A program made the position numbers and the translations under genes. Below, in pieces: positions 26,154 through 37,022 of a stretch of DNA of 64,000 nucleotides. The stretch comes from Silicimonas sp. (GTDB lineage Bacteria; Pseudomonadota; Alphaproteobacteria; Rhodobacterales; Rhodobacteraceae). The notes under the pieces were generated by a model, which was given only the letters and a program-made list of their open reading frames with translations, ran no database searches and was not told the origin of the DNA. The DNA is taken from contig JAOXSD010000174.1 of the NCBI GenBank assembly GCA_025800205.1, positions 9,544-73,543 on the forward strand. The letters run 5' to 3'. Within the stretch, counting starts at the first letter, position 1; each line of letters begins with the position of its first letter.

Positions 26154-27095
26154 GTGCAAACACAGGCCGTCATATTAAACGGACCGCGGGACATGGGGCT
26201 CGAAACCCTGTCACTGAATGCACCAGACGTCGGTGATCTGGTGGTTGATGTGCGGTACTCCGGTATTTCCAGCGGCACCGAGAAACTGCTCTGGACCGGC
26301 GCGATGCCGCCTTTTCCCGGCATGGGATATCCGCTCGTGCCCGGCTATGAAACCGCCGGCCGGGTGGTGGAGGCGCAGAACTCCACGGGTTTTCGTCCGG
26401 GCGACTGGGTCTTCGTTCCCGGTGCGTCCTGTTTCAAGGACGCCCATTGTCTGTTCGGCGGAGCCGCCAATCATCTTGTCACCTGCGCCGATCGTGTTGT
26501 CCGGATCGATGCCGGGCTCGGTGCCGAGAGCACGCTTCTCGCCCTCGCGGCGACCGCGCGCCACGCGCTTGCGGGGCTGGGTCATGCGTTGCCCGAACTG
26601 ATCATCGGCCACGGGGTGCTGGGTCGCCTTCTGGCCCGGCTGACCCTCGCCGCCGGTGCACCTGCGCCGGTTGTCTGGGACATCGCCGCCGAACGGAGAG
26701 GCGGGGCATCCGGCTATAGCGTGCTCCATCCCGACGATGATCCCCGGCACGATTACCGGGTGATCTGCGATGCCTCCGGTCAGGCGGATCTGCTCAACAC
26801 GATGATCACGAGGCTGGCCAAAGGGGGCGAGATCATTCTGGCCGGTTTCTATGCCCAGCCTGTCAGCTTCGCGTTCCCCCCTGCCTTCCTCAAGGAAATG
26901 CGTCTGCGTGTGGCGGCGGAATGGACCGCCGATGACATGCGCGCCACCCGCGACCTGATCGAAAGCGGCGCCCTGTCGCTTGAAGGCCTGGTCACCCATC
27001 ACGCCAGGGCTGCGGATGCCGCCCACGCCTATGAACGGGCGTTCTCCGATCAGGAGTGCCTGAAAATGATCCTCGACTGGGGAGGCCACGCATGA
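26154..27095 (+). CDS. bchC: 3-hydroxyethyl bacteriochlorophyllide a dehydrogenase BchC
   Basis: (V)[20 protein letters not shown]...[30 protein letters not shown] is zinc-ADH-like. GTG at 26154 after a ggggagga SD. The track start at 26070 falls inside the operator sites. Confidence 0.88.
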   Translation: MQTQAVILNGPRDMGLETLSLNAPDVGDLVVDVRYSGISSGTEKLLWTGAMPPFPGMGYPLVPGYETAGRVVEAQNSTGFRPGDWVFVPGASCFKDAHCLFGGAANHLVTCADRVVRIDAGLGAESTLLALAATARHALAGLGHALPELIIGHGVLGRLLARLTLAAGAPAPVVWDIAAERRGGASGYSVLHPDDDPRHDYRVICDASGQADLLNTMITRLAKGGEIILAGFYAQPVSFAFPPAFLKEMRLRVAAEWTADDMRATRDLIESGALSLEGLVTHHARAADAAHAYERAFSDQECLKMILDWGGHA

Positions 27096-28096
27096 GCCTG
27101 GATGAAACACCCGATGTGAAAACCTATGACGCCAAGCTGCGCGACGAGGCCGCCGCGCCCGATCTGGTGATCCCTCAGGAGGCGCCCACGTCGAAGACCC
27201 AGATTATCGCAATCTATGGCAAGGGCGGGATCGGCAAGAGCTTCACGCTGGCCAATCTCAGCCACATGATGGCGGAGCAGGGCAAGCGGGTGCTGCTCAT
27301 TGGCTGCGATCCGAAATCCGACACCACCTCGCTTCTGTTCGGCGGCAAGGCCTGCCCGACGATTATCGAGACCTCGACCGCCAAGGGGCTGTCGGGGGAG
27401 CCGGTGCAGATCGGTGATGTTTGTTTCAAACGCGGCGGTGTCTTTGCCATGGAACTGGGCGGGCCCGAAGTGGGGCGCGGCTGTGGCGGACGTGGGATCA
27501 TCCATGGGTTCGAACTTCTGGAAAAACTCGGCTTCCATGATTGGGATTTCGATTACGTGCTTCTCGACTTCCTCGGCGATGTGGTCTGCGGCGGTTTCGG
27601 TCTGCCCATTGCCCGCGACATGGCGCAGAAGGTGATCGTGGTGGCCTCGAACGATCTGCAATCGCTCTATGTGGCCAACAACGTCTGTTCGGCAGTGCAG
27701 TATTTCCGCAAGATGGGCGGCAATGTGGGCGTCGCCGGCATGGTCATCAACAAGGATGACGGCGCGGGGCAGGCGCAGGCCTTTGCGCAATCGGTGGATA
27801 TTCCGGTGCTGGCCGCCATCCCCGCCGATGATGATTTGCGTAGGAAATCAGCCGCTTACGAGATTGTCGGCACCGATGCCTGCCAATGGGGAGGGCTGTT
27901 TGCCGAACTGGCCGAAAACGTCGGCCTTGCTCCGCCGGTGCACCCCTCGCCCCTCACACAGGACGAACTGATCGCGCTGTTCGATGGCAAGGAAACCGGC
28001 GCCGACATCGTTCTGGAACCGGCGACCGATGCGGATATGCGCGGCAAGGCCGCCGCTCCGCGTGAGAGCCTCGAAGTCATTTACGACGAGATCTGA
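27092..28096 (+). CDS. bchX: Chlorophyllide a reductase iron protein BchX
   Basis: NifH-like: [52 protein letters not shown] overlap with the bchC stop. Confidence 0.93.
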   Translation: MSLDETPDVKTYDAKLRDEAAAPDLVIPQEAPTSKTQIIAIYGKGGIGKSFTLANLSHMMAEQGKRVLLIGCDPKSDTTSLLFGGKACPTIIETSTAKGLSGEPVQIGDVCFKRGGVFAMELGGPEVGRGCGGRGIIHGFELLEKLGFHDWDFDYVLLDFLGDVVCGGFGLPIARDMAQKVIVVASNDLQSLYVANNVCSAVQYFRKMGGNVGVAGMVINKDDGAGQAQAFAQSVDIPVLAAIPADDDLRRKSAAYEIVGTDACQWGGLFAELAENVGLAPPVHPSPLTQDELIALFDGKETGADIVLEPATDADMRGKAAAPRESLEVIYDEI

Positions 28097-29592
28097 TGGC
28101 CCGGGACGCAGAACATATCGAAGCCCAGGGCTGCCATTCCGGCGCGACGATGGAGGAAGCCGCGCGCAAGGCGGGCCAGTCGGACCTGCTTGACCAATTC
28201 GCTGCCGACTATCCCACCGGCCCCCATGACAAGCCGCAATCCATGTGTCCCGCCTTTGGCTCGCTCCGGGTTGGTCTGCGCATGCGCCGGGTCGCCACCG
28301 TGTTGTCGGGCTCGGCCTGCTGTGTCTATGGCCTCAGCTTCGTGTCGCACTTCTATGGCGCCCGCCGCTCGGTCGGCTATGTGCCGTTCAACTCGGAAAC
28401 CCTGGTCACAGGCAAGCTGTTCGAAGACATCCGCGAGGCGGTCCATGATCTCGCCGATCCGGATCGCTATGACGCGGTGGTGGTGACGAACCTTTGTGTG
28501 CCCACCGCCTCGGGCGTGCCGTTGCGGCTCTTGCCCGATGAGATCAACGGGGTGCGCATCATCGGGATCGATGTGCCCGGTTTCGGCGTGCCCACCCATG
28601 CGGAAGCCAAGGATGTCCTGGCGGGCGCCATGCTTGCCTATGCCCGCGCGGAAGCCGAGGCGGGCCCCGTGGCGCGCCCCGAGGCAGGCACATCCGACCG
28701 GCCCGGCGTCGCACTTCTGGGCGAGATGTTCCCGGCGGATCCGATGATGATCGGCGCGATGCTGGCGCCCTTGGAACTGGCCTGCGGTCCGGTGATCCCG
28801 GCACGGGAATGGCGCGAGCTTTATGCCGCTCTTGATTGTGGCGCGGTGGCGGCGATCCACCCGTTCTACACCTCGGCGATCCGCGAATTTCAGGCCGCTG
28901 GCCGCCCGGTGATCGGCTCGGCCCCTGTCGGCCATGACGGCACTGCCGCCTGGCTGGCCGCCATCGGCGAGACCTTCGGCGTTTCTGCGGAAAAGGTCGC
29001 CGCGGCGCAAAACGCCTTCCTGCCCGCGATCAAGGGCGCGCTGGCCCAGGCCCCGATCAAGGGCCGGATCACCCTGTCAGGCTATGAAGGCAGCGAATTG
29101 CTGGTCGCCCGTCTGCTGATCGAAAGCGGGGCCGATCTGCCCTACGTCGGCACCGCCTGTCCGCGCACGCCCTGGTCCGAAGCCGATGCGGCCTGGCTGG
29201 AAGCCCGTGGCTCCAAGGTGCAATTCCGCGCCTCGCTCGAAGACGATCTTGCGGCGATGGAGGCGCTGCGCCCGGACCTTGCCATCGGCACAACGCCGGT
29301 GGTCCAGAAGGCCAAGGAGTTGGGTCTGCCCGCGCTCTATTTCACCAATCTGATTTCCGCCCGCCCGCTGATGGGCCCGGCAGGTGCCGGATCTCTGGCC
29401 GAGGTGATCAACACCGCGATTGCCGGCAAGGACCGGATGTCGAAGATGCGCGCCTTTTTCGAGGATGTCGGGGCCGGAGATACGGCCGGCGTCTGGGAGG
29501 GCGACCCGAACCTGCGGCCCGATTTCCGCGCCATCCAGCGCAAAAAGCGCGAAAAGGCCGAACGGGCGGCCAAAGCGGCGGAGATGATCTGA
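28096..29592 (+). CDS. bchY: Chlorophyllide a reductase subunit BchY
   Basis: 498 aa, NifD/K-like. [31 protein letters not shown]. The start shares its A with the bchX stop. Confidence 0.92.
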   Translation: MARDAEHIEAQGCHSGATMEEAARKAGQSDLLDQFAADYPTGPHDKPQSMCPAFGSLRVGLRMRRVATVLSGSACCVYGLSFVSHFYGARRSVGYVPFNSETLVTGKLFEDIREAVHDLADPDRYDAVVVTNLCVPTASGVPLRLLPDEINGVRIIGIDVPGFGVPTHAEAKDVLAGAMLAYARAEAEAGPVARPEAGTSDRPGVALLGEMFPADPMMIGAMLAPLELACGPVIPAREWRELYAALDCGAVAAIHPFYTSAIREFQAAGRPVIGSAPVGHDGTAAWLAAIGETFGVSAEKVAAAQNAFLPAIKGALAQAPIKGRITLSGYEGSELLVARLLIESGADLPYVGTACPRTPWSEADAAWLEARGSKVQFRASLEDDLAAMEALRPDLAIGTTPVVQKAKELGLPALYFTNLISARPLMGPAGAGSLAEVINTAIAGKDRMSKMRAFFEDVGAGDTAGVWEGDPNLRPDFRAIQRKKREKAERAAKAAEMI

Positions 29593-31082
29593 TGCTGATC
29601 CAGGATCACGATCGTGCGGGCGGCTATTGGGGGGCGGTTTACACCTTCACCGCAATCAAGGGCTTGCAGGTGGTGATCGACGGGCCGGTGGGCTGCGAAA
29701 ACCTGCCGGTGACTTCGGTCCTGCATTACACCGATGCCCTGCCGCCCCATGAATTGCCCATCGTCGTCACCGGGCTGGGCGAAGAGGAATTGGGCCGCGA
29801 CGGCACTGAAGGCGCGATGAAACGGGCGTGGAAGACGCTCGATCCCGACCTGCCTGCGGTGGTGGTGACCGGTTCGATTGCCGAGATGATCGGCGGTGGC
29901 GTGACCCCGCAAGGCACGAATATCCAAAGGTTTTTGCCGCGCACCATTGATGAGGATCAATGGGAAAGCGCCGACCGGGCCATGACCTGGCTGTTCACGG
30001 AGTTTGGCATGACCAAGGGGCGGATGCCCCGGGAAAAGAAGCGCGAGGCGGGGGCGAAACCGCGCGTGAACATCCTTGGTCCGATGTATGGCACGTTCAA
30101 TATGCCATCGGATCTGGCCGAGATCCGGCGTCTGGTCGAAGGGATCGGGGCCGAGGTCAATATGGTGATGCCGCTGGGGGCTCATCTGGCCGAGATGCGC
30201 AACCTGGTGAATGCGAATGTGAATATCTGCATGTATCGCGAGTTCGGCCGCTCCCTTTGTGAGGTGCTGAACAAACCCTATCTGCAGGCGCCCATCGGGC
30301 TCGACAGTACGACGAAATTCCTGCGCAAACTTGGCGCGCTTCTGGATCTGGACCCTGAGCCTTTCATTGCGCGGGAAAAGAACAGCACGCTCAAGCCGCT
30401 CTGGGATCTCTGGCGCTCCGTCACCCAGGATTTCTTCGGCACCGCCCGCTTCGCCATCGTGGCCAACGAAACCTATGTGCGCGGGCTGCGCAATTTTCTC
30501 GAAACCGATCTTGGCTTTGACTGCGCCTTTGCCACGGCGCGCGTCGCCGGGCGGAAGACCGACAATGACGCGGTGCGCCGCGATCTGGAGACGACCCGAC
30601 CGCTGGTGGTTTTCGGCTCGGTCAACGAAAAGATCTACCTCGCGGAACAGAAGGCCGGGCACGGTCCGCAGGCGGCCTTCATTCCCGCCTCCTTTCCGGG
30701 TGCTGCGATCCGGCGTGCCACGGGCACGCCTTTCATGGGCTATGCCGGCGCCACCTATGTGCTGCAGGAGGTGTGCAACGGGCTCTTCGATGCCCTGTTC
30801 CACATCCTGCCACTCGCGGCCGACATGGATGCCGCCGACGCCACACCCGCACGGTTGCGCAAGGATATGCCCTGGGATCCCGAGGCGCGCGCGCTGCTTG
30901 ACAGGATCGTCGCCGAACATCCGGTGCTGACCCGGATCTCCGCCTCGAAATCCCTCCGCGACGCCGCCGAACGCCAGGCGCTTGATGCCGGCGAAAGCCA
31001 CGTCGCGCTGGAAACCATTGCCGCCCTGCAGCCGCAGGTCGCGCGCCCCCTGCCGGACAGAAGGAGAGCTGACCATGAGTGA
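29592..31082 (+). CDS. bchZ: Chlorophyllide a reductase subunit BchZ
   Basis: [39 protein letters not shown]. 496 aa. The start overlaps the bchY stop. Confidence 0.92.
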   Translation: MLIQDHDRAGGYWGAVYTFTAIKGLQVVIDGPVGCENLPVTSVLHYTDALPPHELPIVVTGLGEEELGRDGTEGAMKRAWKTLDPDLPAVVVTGSIAEMIGGGVTPQGTNIQRFLPRTIDEDQWESADRAMTWLFTEFGMTKGRMPREKKREAGAKPRVNILGPMYGTFNMPSDLAEIRRLVEGIGAEVNMVMPLGAHLAEMRNLVNANVNICMYREFGRSLCEVLNKPYLQAPIGLDSTTKFLRKLGALLDLDPEPFIAREKNSTLKPLWDLWRSVTQDFFGTARFAIVANETYVRGLRNFLETDLGFDCAFATARVAGRKTDNDAVRRDLETTRPLVVFGSVNEKIYLAEQKAGHGPQAAFIPASFPGAAIRRATGTPFMGYAGATYVLQEVCNGLFDALFHILPLAADMDAADATPARLRKDMPWDPEARALLDRIVAEHPVLTRISASKSLRDAAERQALDAGESHVALETIAALQPQVARPLPDRRRADHE

Positions 31083-31308
31083 TCACACATCCGATTTTTC
31101 CAGCGGAACTGCGCGCCGACCAGGCGGGCTGGTCTGGGAATACCGCTTCTACTTCGTCACGATCTTCCTCTGCGCGCTTCCCTTTGCGCTTGGCGGGGTG
31201 ATCCTGACACGGCTCGGCCTTGTGCGCCCCGGTCTCCGCCACGGCGGTGTGATCAAACGCGCACTTTCCGAAGCCCATGCCATTACGCCGATGATCTTCA
31301 TGCGATGA
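31075..31308 (+). CDS. pufQ: PufQ (77 aa, single TM)
   Basis: [48 protein letters not shown]... ATG after an aaggagag SD. Overlaps the bchZ stop by 8 nt. Position between bchZ and pufB as in Rhodobacter. Confidence 0.8.
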   Translation: MSDHTSDFSSGTARRPGGLVWEYRFYFVTIFLCALPFALGGVILTRLGLVRPGLRHGGVIKRALSEAHAITPMIFMR

Positions 31309-31327
31309 AGCACGCGGCACATCAGAT

Positions 31328-31379
31328 CGGACGGGTTTCGGCCCGGTTCGAGCTCCGGTCGGGCCCCTTCGCCCGTCCG
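31328..31379 (+). promoter_or_regulatory. GC-rich stem-loop in the pufQ-pufB leader (puf mRNA processing/stability element)
   Basis: Inverted repeat cggacggg (31328-31335) / cccgtccg (31372-31379) enclosing further GC pairs. A second small hairpin gccgcg-ggga-tcgcggc follows at about 31386-31402. Confidence 0.5.
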
Positions 31380-31431
31380 GAACCCGGCCGCGGGGATCGC
31401 GGCGTCAGCTTGACCATCCGGAGGATACGTT

Positions 31432-31581
31432 ATGGCTGATAAAACGGACCTGTCATTCACAGGTCTCACAGACGAACAGGCGCAGGAACTGCACAACGTC
31501 TATATGAGTGGCCTTTGGCTTTTCGTGGCCGTCGCGGCCGTGGCTCATCTGGCGGTGCTGATCTGGCGTCCGTGGTTCTGA
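31432..31581 (+). CDS. pufB: Light-harvesting 1 (B875) beta polypeptide PufB, 49 aa
   Basis: Read directly from the DNA because it is below the ORF-track cutoff: [49 protein letters not shown] stop. ggagga SD 7 nt upstream. Conserved BChl-ligand His in AVAHLAV. Confidence 0.93.
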   Translation: MADKTDLSFTGLTDEQAQELHNVYMSGLWLFVAVAAVAHLAVLIWRPWF

Positions 31582-31597
31582 GGAGGGCGTCCGCATG

Positions 31598-31765
31598 ATG
31601 AGCAAGTTCTACAAGATCTGGCTGGTCTTCGACCCGCGTCGCGTTTTCGTGGCGCAGGGCGTCTTCCTGTTCCTGCTGGCAGCGATGATCCATCTCGTTC
31701 TGCTTAGCACGGATCGCTACAACTGGTTCGACGTGGCCACCGAGAAATACGGTGCGCCTGAATAG
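31598..31765 (+). CDS. pufA: Light-harvesting 1 (B875) alpha polypeptide PufA, 55 aa (56 if the adjacent ATG at 31595 is used)
   Basis: Read directly from the DNA: M(M)[54 protein letters not shown] stop. gaggaggg SD upstream. Conserved His in AAMIHLVLL. Confidence 0.93.
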   Translation: MSKFYKIWLVFDPRRVFVAQGVFLFLLAAMIHLVLLSTDRYNWFDVATEKYGAPE

Positions 31766-31785
31766 AGCCGGTTCACAACCAGGAT

Positions 31786-31847
31786 TGCGGGGGGGTCCGC
31801 CCTCCCGCAGTCAACCCAATTTTGGCTGTTCGCGGGCCCGCAGACAG
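31786..31847 (+). promoter_or_regulatory. Intercistronic pufA-pufL stem-loops (mRNA decay barrier / partial terminator)
   Basis: Hairpin 1 is tgcggggggg-tccg-ccctcccgca (31786-31809, one mismatch). Hairpin 2 is ctgttcgcggg/cccgcagacag (31826-31847). The location matches the known pufBA-stabilising structures of Rhodobacter. Confidence 0.6.
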
Positions 31848-31879
31848 GGGCGCGACAGGTTCTGAGCGGAGATTAACCC

Positions 31880-32710
31880 ATGGCATTGCTCACCTTCGAA
31901 AAGAAGTATCGGGTGCCCGGCGGCACTTTGGTCGGAGGCGATCTGTTCGACTTCTGGGTCGGGCCCTTTTTCGTCGGTTTCTTCGGTGTCACCACCATCT
32001 TTTTTGCTGGGCTGGGCACCATTCTGATCTTCTATGGGGCGGTGCTTCAGGGCACCTGGAACCCCTGGCTGATTTCCATCGATCCGCCGCCCCTTGAATA
32101 CGGGCTGGGGCCCGCGCCCCTGCGCGAGGGCGGGCTGTGGCAGATCATCACGATCTGTGCCCATGGCGCCTTCATCAGTTGGCTGCTGCGCGAGGTCGAG
32201 ATCGCCCGAAAGCTGGGCATGGGGCTGCATGTGCCCTTCGCTTTCGGCTTTGCCATCCTGGCCTATACGACTCTCGTGGTGATCCGGCCGGTCCTGATGG
32301 GCGCCTGGGGGCATGCCTTTCCCTATGGCATCTGGACCCATCTCGATTGGGTGTCGAACACCGGCTATACCTACGGCAATTTCCATTACAATCCCGCCCA
32401 TATGGTGGCGGTCACCTTCTTTTTCACCACCTGTCTGGCGCTGGCGCTCCATGGCTCGCTGATCCTGTCGGCGGCCAATCCCAACAAGGGGCTGGAGATG
32501 CGCGCGCCGGATCACGAAGACACGTTCTTCCGGGATTTCATCGGCTATTCCATCGGCCCCCTGGGCATTCACCGGCTCGGGCTTCTCTTGGCGCTGAACG
32601 CGGGGTTCTGGTCGGCGGTCTGCATCGTGATCTCGGGCACGGTCTGGTTCGGCGAATGGGTCGTGTGGTGGGATTGGTGGCTGAACCTGCCGATCTGGGC
32701 GGATCTCTGA
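31880..32710 (+). CDS. pufL: Photosynthetic reaction centre L subunit
   Basis: [36 protein letters not shown]..., 276 aa, 5 TM. Confidence 0.95.
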   Translation: MALLTFEKKYRVPGGTLVGGDLFDFWVGPFFVGFFGVTTIFFAGLGTILIFYGAVLQGTWNPWLISIDPPPLEYGLGPAPLREGGLWQIITICAHGAFISWLLREVEIARKLGMGLHVPFAFGFAILAYTTLVVIRPVLMGAWGHAFPYGIWTHLDWVSNTGYTYGNFHYNPAHMVAVTFFFTTCLALALHGSLILSAANPNKGLEMRAPDHEDTFFRDFIGYSIGPLGIHRLGLLLALNAGFWSAVCIVISGTVWFGEWVVWWDWWLNLPIWADL

Positions 32711-32723
32711 GCGGAGCGGAACA

Positions 32724-33647
32724 ATGGCGGAATATCAGAATATTTTCACACAGGTTCAGGTCCGCGGCTCGGCGGAAATGGGCATGGTCGAAGACGCCGA
32801 TCTCAAGGAACGCGGCCAGGGCGCGCGGTTCTCGAACCTGATCGGTTTCCTTGGCAATGCCCAGATCGGGCCCTTCTATCTGGGCCCCTGGGGGCTGCTG
32901 TCCCTGATGTCGGGGCTGACCTGGTTCTTCATGGTCGGGATCGCGTTCTGGGTGCAGGCCGGTTTCAGCCCGGGCGTTTTCATCCGCGATCTGTTCTGGC
33001 TTTCGCTTGACCCGCCGGGGCCGGAATACGGTCTAGGCTGGGCGCCGCTCTGGGAGGGCGGGCTCTGGCTGATCTCCTCCTTCTTCCTGCTGGTGGCGGT
33101 GATCTCCTGGTGGATCCGTTCCTGGGTGCTGGCCGAACAATTGGGCATGGGCAAGCATGTCTGCTACGCCTTCGCCTCTGCCATCTGGCTGTTCCTGGTC
33201 CTGGGCCTGATCCGCCCGGTGCTGATGGGAAGCTGGTCCGAGGCGGTGCCCTATGGCGTCTTCACCCATCTCGACTGGACCAACCTCTTTTCGCTGACCT
33301 ATGGCAACCTGTTCTACAACCCGTTCCACGCGCTTTCGATCGCCTTCCTCTATGGCTCGGCTCTGCTCTTTGCCATGCATGGCGCGACGATCCTGGCGGT
33401 GGCGCGCTTTGGCGGTGATCGGGAGCTGGAGCAGATCGCCGACCGGGGTACCGCCTCGGAACGGGCCGGGCTCTTCTGGCGCTGGACCATGGGGTTCAAC
33501 GCCACGATGGAGGGCATTCACCGCTGGGCCTGGTGGTTTGCGGTTCTGACCACGCTGACCGGCGGGATCGGCATTCTGCTGACCGGAACGGTGGTCGACA
33601 ATTGGTATGTCTGGGCCCAGGACCACGGCTATGCGCCGCCCGATTGA
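32724..33647 (+). CDS. pufM: Photosynthetic reaction centre M subunit
   Basis: [15 protein letters not shown]...[13 protein letters not shown]...HGATILAV, 307 aa. Confidence 0.95.
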   Translation: MAEYQNIFTQVQVRGSAEMGMVEDADLKERGQGARFSNLIGFLGNAQIGPFYLGPWGLLSLMSGLTWFFMVGIAFWVQAGFSPGVFIRDLFWLSLDPPGPEYGLGWAPLWEGGLWLISSFFLLVAVISWWIRSWVLAEQLGMGKHVCYAFASAIWLFLVLGLIRPVLMGSWSEAVPYGVFTHLDWTNLFSLTYGNLFYNPFHALSIAFLYGSALLFAMHGATILAVARFGGDRELEQIADRGTASERAGLFWRWTMGFNATMEGIHRWAWWFAVLTTLTGGIGILLTGTVVDNWYVWAQDHGYAPPD

Positions 33648-33686
33648 GCCCTGCAGCAAAATGAGACGTGACGAAGGAGGCGACAG

Positions 33687-33902
33687 ATGACCGACAAGAC
33701 CGATTGGTGGCTGAAGGAAGAAAAGCCCGGCCTTTACATGTGGATCTTCACCAAGATGACATTGGGGGCTGCCTATGGCGCCCTGCTTCTGGCCGCGATC
33801 ATCTTTTTCATTCTGGCGCTGAAGGCGCTGTCGGGGCTTTTGCCCGAGGATCCCTATGCGAGCCTTGATCTGGGTCGGGCCCTGATCGCCCGGCTGGTCT
33901 GA
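33687..33902 (+). CDS. pufX: PufX, intrinsic membrane protein of the RC-LH1 core
   Basis: 71 aa, directly after pufM. One TM with a GxxxG ([18 protein letters not shown]). MxDKT start and ...ARLV end resemble Rhodobacter PufX. No pufC follows pufM. Confidence 0.7.
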   Translation: MTDKTDWWLKEEKPGLYMWIFTKMTLGAAYGALLLAAIIFFILALKALSGLLPEDPYASLDLGRALIARLV

Positions 33903-33912
33903 GGGCGGGGCG

Positions 33913-35832
33913 ATGGCGGCACCGGAGACACCGACGCTCGACCGGGTGGCGGGCCCGGCGGATCTGAAATCGCTCGACGACCAGGGGCTTGTGCGTCTGG
34001 CGGGCGAATTGCGCGAGGAGGTGATCGACGCGGTGTCGCAGACCGGCGGCCATCTGGGCTCGTCCCTTGGGGTGGTGGAGCTGAGCGTGGCGCTTCATGC
34101 GGTGTTCAATGCGCCCATGGACAAGATCATCTGGGATGTGGGGCATCAATGTTACCCGCACAAGATCCTGACCGGACGCCGGGACCGGATCCGCACGCTT
34201 CGCCAGAAGGACGGCCTGTCGGGTTTTACCAAACGCTCGGAAAGCGCTTTCGATCCGTTCGGCGCCGCCCACAGCTCGACCTCCATCTCAGCCGCCCTCG
34301 GCTTTGCGGTGGCCCGCGACATGGGGCAGGCCACGGGCGAGGCGATCGCGGTGATCGGCGACGGCGCAATCTCGGCCGGGATGGCCTATGAGGCGCTGAA
34401 CAATGCCGGCGATCAGAAGCGGCGGCTGATCGTGATCCTCAATGACAACGACATGTCGATTGCCCCCCCGGTCGGGGCGCTCTCCCATTACCTTTCGGCC
34501 CTGAACGGGGACACGCCGCTGCACTCGCTCAAGCAATTGGCGGAAGGGTTCGAGGCGGGCCTGCCCGGACCGATCCGCGACAGCGCCCGGCGCGCCCGGC
34601 AATTGGTGCGCGGCGCCGTGCGCCCGGGCGGCACGATTTTCGAGGAGCTGGGGTTCGACTATATCGGCCCGATTGATGGTCATTCCGTTCCTGATCTGCT
34701 GGCGATCCTGCGCGCGGTGCGCACCCGGGCCACGGGACCGGTGCTGATCCATCTGCGCACGGTGAAGGGCAAGGGCTATGCGCCTGCGGAAGCGGCGGCC
34801 GACAAATATCACGGGGTGGCGAAATTCGATGTGGCCTCGGGCGCGCAACGCAAAGCCAAGCCCAACGCACCCAGCTACACCTCGGTCTTCGGTCAGGCCC
34901 TGACCGAGGCCGCGCGCCGCGACCCTGCGGTGGTGGCGGTGACCGCGGCCATGCCCGCAGGCACCGGGGTCAACCAGATGGCAGAGGCCTTTCCCGCGCG
35001 GGTCTTCGACGTGGGCATTGCCGAACAGCATGCGGTCACCTTTGCTGCCGGCATGGCAGCAGGCGGGTTGAAACCCTTCTGCGCGATCTATTCCACCTTC
35101 CTGCAGCGGGCCTATGACCAGATCGTCCATGACGTCGCCCTGCAGAACCTGCCGGTGCGTTTTGCCATCGACCGGGCGGGTCTCGTGGGGGCCGACGGGG
35201 CAACCCATGCGGGCGCCTTCGATCTGGCCTATCTCGGCAACCTGCCCGGTTTTACCATCATGGCCGCCGCCGACGAGGCCGAACTGACCCATATGGTCGC
35301 CACCGCCGCCGCTTTTGACGAGGGCCCGATTGCCCTGCGCTACCCCCGTGGGGCGGGCGAGGGCGTGACCCTGCCCGAGTGCGGCACGCCTCTTGAGATT
35401 GGCCGGGGCCGGGTGATCAGCGAAGGCGATCAGGTGGCGATCCTGTCACTGGGCGCCCATCTTGCCCCCTGCCTGGAGGCAGCCGCACAATTGCGAAGCG
35501 ACGGGGTGTCGGTGACGGTGGCGGATGCGCGGTTTGCCAAGCCTCTCGATCAGGACCTGATCCGGCAACTGGCCCGCCATCATCCCCTGTTGATCACCGT
35601 CGAACAGGGCGCAGCCGGCGGGTTCGGCGCCCATGTGGCGCAGTTTCTTGCGCGCGAAGCGCTGCTCGACGGGCCGCTCAAATTCCGGATGATGGGGCTG
35701 CCCGACCGCTTCATCGATCAGGCAAGCCCCGAGGATATGTATGCCGCCGCCGGGCTGACGGCCGCCGACATCCGCATGAAGGTGGTTGAAGCGCTGGTGC
35801 CGGATCGCAAGGTCACGCCCCTGCGCGCCTGA
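33913..35832 (+). CDS. dxs: 1-deoxy-D-xylulose-5-phosphate synthase
   Basis: 639 aa. [18 protein letters not shown], the TPP motif [19 protein letters not shown] and a transketolase-like C-terminal half. Confidence 0.95.
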   Translation: MAAPETPTLDRVAGPADLKSLDDQGLVRLAGELREEVIDAVSQTGGHLGSSLGVVELSVALHAVFNAPMDKIIWDVGHQCYPHKILTGRRDRIRTLRQKDGLSGFTKRSESAFDPFGAAHSSTSISAALGFAVARDMGQATGEAIAVIGDGAISAGMAYEALNNAGDQKRRLIVILNDNDMSIAPPVGALSHYLSALNGDTPLHSLKQLAEGFEAGLPGPIRDSARRARQLVRGAVRPGGTIFEELGFDYIGPIDGHSVPDLLAILRAVRTRATGPVLIHLRTVKGKGYAPAEAAADKYHGVAKFDVASGAQRKAKPNAPSYTSVFGQALTEAARRDPAVVAVTAAMPAGTGVNQMAEAFPARVFDVGIAEQHAVTFAAGMAAGGLKPFCAIYSTFLQRAYDQIVHDVALQNLPVRFAIDRAGLVGADGATHAGAFDLAYLGNLPGFTIMAAADEAELTHMVATAAAFDEGPIALRYPRGAGEGVTLPECGTPLEIGRGRVISEGDQVAILSLGAHLAPCLEAAAQLRSDGVSVTVADARFAKPLDQDLIRQLARHHPLLITVEQGAAGGFGAHVAQFLAREALLDGPLKFRMMGLPDRFIDQASPEDMYAAAGLTAADIRMKVVEALVPDRKVTPLRA

Positions 35833-35840
35833 TCGCGCCC

Positions 35841-37022
35841 TCAGACGTAGGCTTCGGGCACCAATCCGGTGAGATGGGCGAGGTTTTTCACCCCGATCTT
35901 GAGATGGGCCAGCGGGCGAGCGCGCACCAGCTCCTTGTTCATATAGGCCTCGAAGGTGAGCCGCTGCACATCCACATCATGGCACAGCGAAACGAAGCGT
36001 TCGCGCCGCGCGTCGGATTTGTAATAGGCATCCTGCATGGCGCGCAGCACCCGGAAAACGGTCTTGTGATCCTTCATGAACGCCCTGCGCGCCCGGGCCA
36101 GATCGTCGCGTCGCCCGGAGACCAACGCCGCCTCCACCGCTTCGGCCGCCACCCGGCCGGCAACCATCGCATAGAAGATCCCTTCGCCCGATGACGGGGC
36201 CACCACACCGGCCGCATCGCCTGCGAGGAGCACGTCATGGCCGTTGTCCCAACGCCCCAGCGGGGCCAGCGGGATCGGCGCGCCTTCCCGGCGCAGGGTT
36301 TCGCATTCCGCAAGCCCGCTGGCGCGACGCAGATCTGCGGTCGCCGTCTTGAGGTCTACCCCGTCAAACCCGGTGCCCATGCCGACCGAAGCCTCGGCGC
36401 CATGGGGAAAGACCCAGCCGTAGAAATCCGGGCTGATCCGCCCGTCATAGATCACGTCGCAGCGGTTCGGGTCATAGGCCGGGGTGGCGGGCGGTGCGGC
36501 GATGATCTCGTGATAGGCCATCACATAGGGAATGTCGACGGCGCCCGCGATTTCCTGGCGCGCCACCGCAGACCGCGCCCCGTCGGCGCCGATCACATAG
36601 CGGGTGGCAAGACGTGTCTCTTGGCCTGTGGGTTTGTCGCGATAGATCACCTCGGTTCCCGCCGCCGAGCGTTCAATCCTGAGAAAGGTGCCGGTGGCCC
36701 GTTCAGCGCCGGCCAGGGCAGCCCGATTGCGCAGGAAGACGTCGAAATCCTTGCGATCCACCATGCCGACGAAGCCGTTTTCGATGGGAATATCCACCGA
36801 ACGGCCGGTGGGAGACACCATGCGCGCAGTGGTGATCCGGGCGCGTAACTGGCTGTCGGGAATGTCAAAATCCCGGATCAGCCGTGGCGGGACCGCGCCG
36901 CCGCAGGGTTTGATCCGGCCCGCCCGGTCCAGAAGCACCACCCGCCGTCCGGCGCGCGCCAGATCCGCCGCCGCCGTCGCGCCCGCCGGGCCACCGCCCA
37001 CCACCACCGCATCAAAGATCAT
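35841..37022 (-). CDS. bchP: Geranylgeranyl-bacteriochlorophyll reductase BchP
   Basis: MIFDAVVVGGGPAGATAAADLARAGRRVVLLDR FAD fold, 393 aa. The ATG at 37022 forms an ATGA overlap with the upstream MFS gene. The track start at 37238 is an extension. Confidence 0.9.
   Translation of the reverse strand: MIFDAVVVGGGPAGATAAADLARAGRRVVLLDRAGRIKPCGGAVPPRLIRDFDIPDSQLRARITTARMVSPTGRSVDIPIENGFVGMVDRKDFDVFLRNRAALAGAERATGTFLRIERSAAGTEVIYRDKPTGQETRLATRYVIGADGARSAVARQEIAGAVDIPYVMAYHEIIAAPPATPAYDPNRCDVIYDGRISPDFYGWVFPHGAEASVGMGTGFDGVDLKTATADLRRASGLAECETLRREGAPIPLAPLGRWDNGHDVLLAGDAAGVVAPSSGEGIFYAMVAGRVAAEAVEAALVSGRRDDLARARRAFMKDHKTVFRVLRAMQDAYYKSDARRERFVSLCHDVDVQRLTFEAYMNKELVRARPLAHLKIGVKNLAHLTGLVPEAYV

Noticed and set aside
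29337-31076. 579-aa minus-strand ORF opposite bchZ
   Set aside because: It is antisense to the strongly conserved bchZ. It has no motifs and Arg/Gly/His-rich composition.
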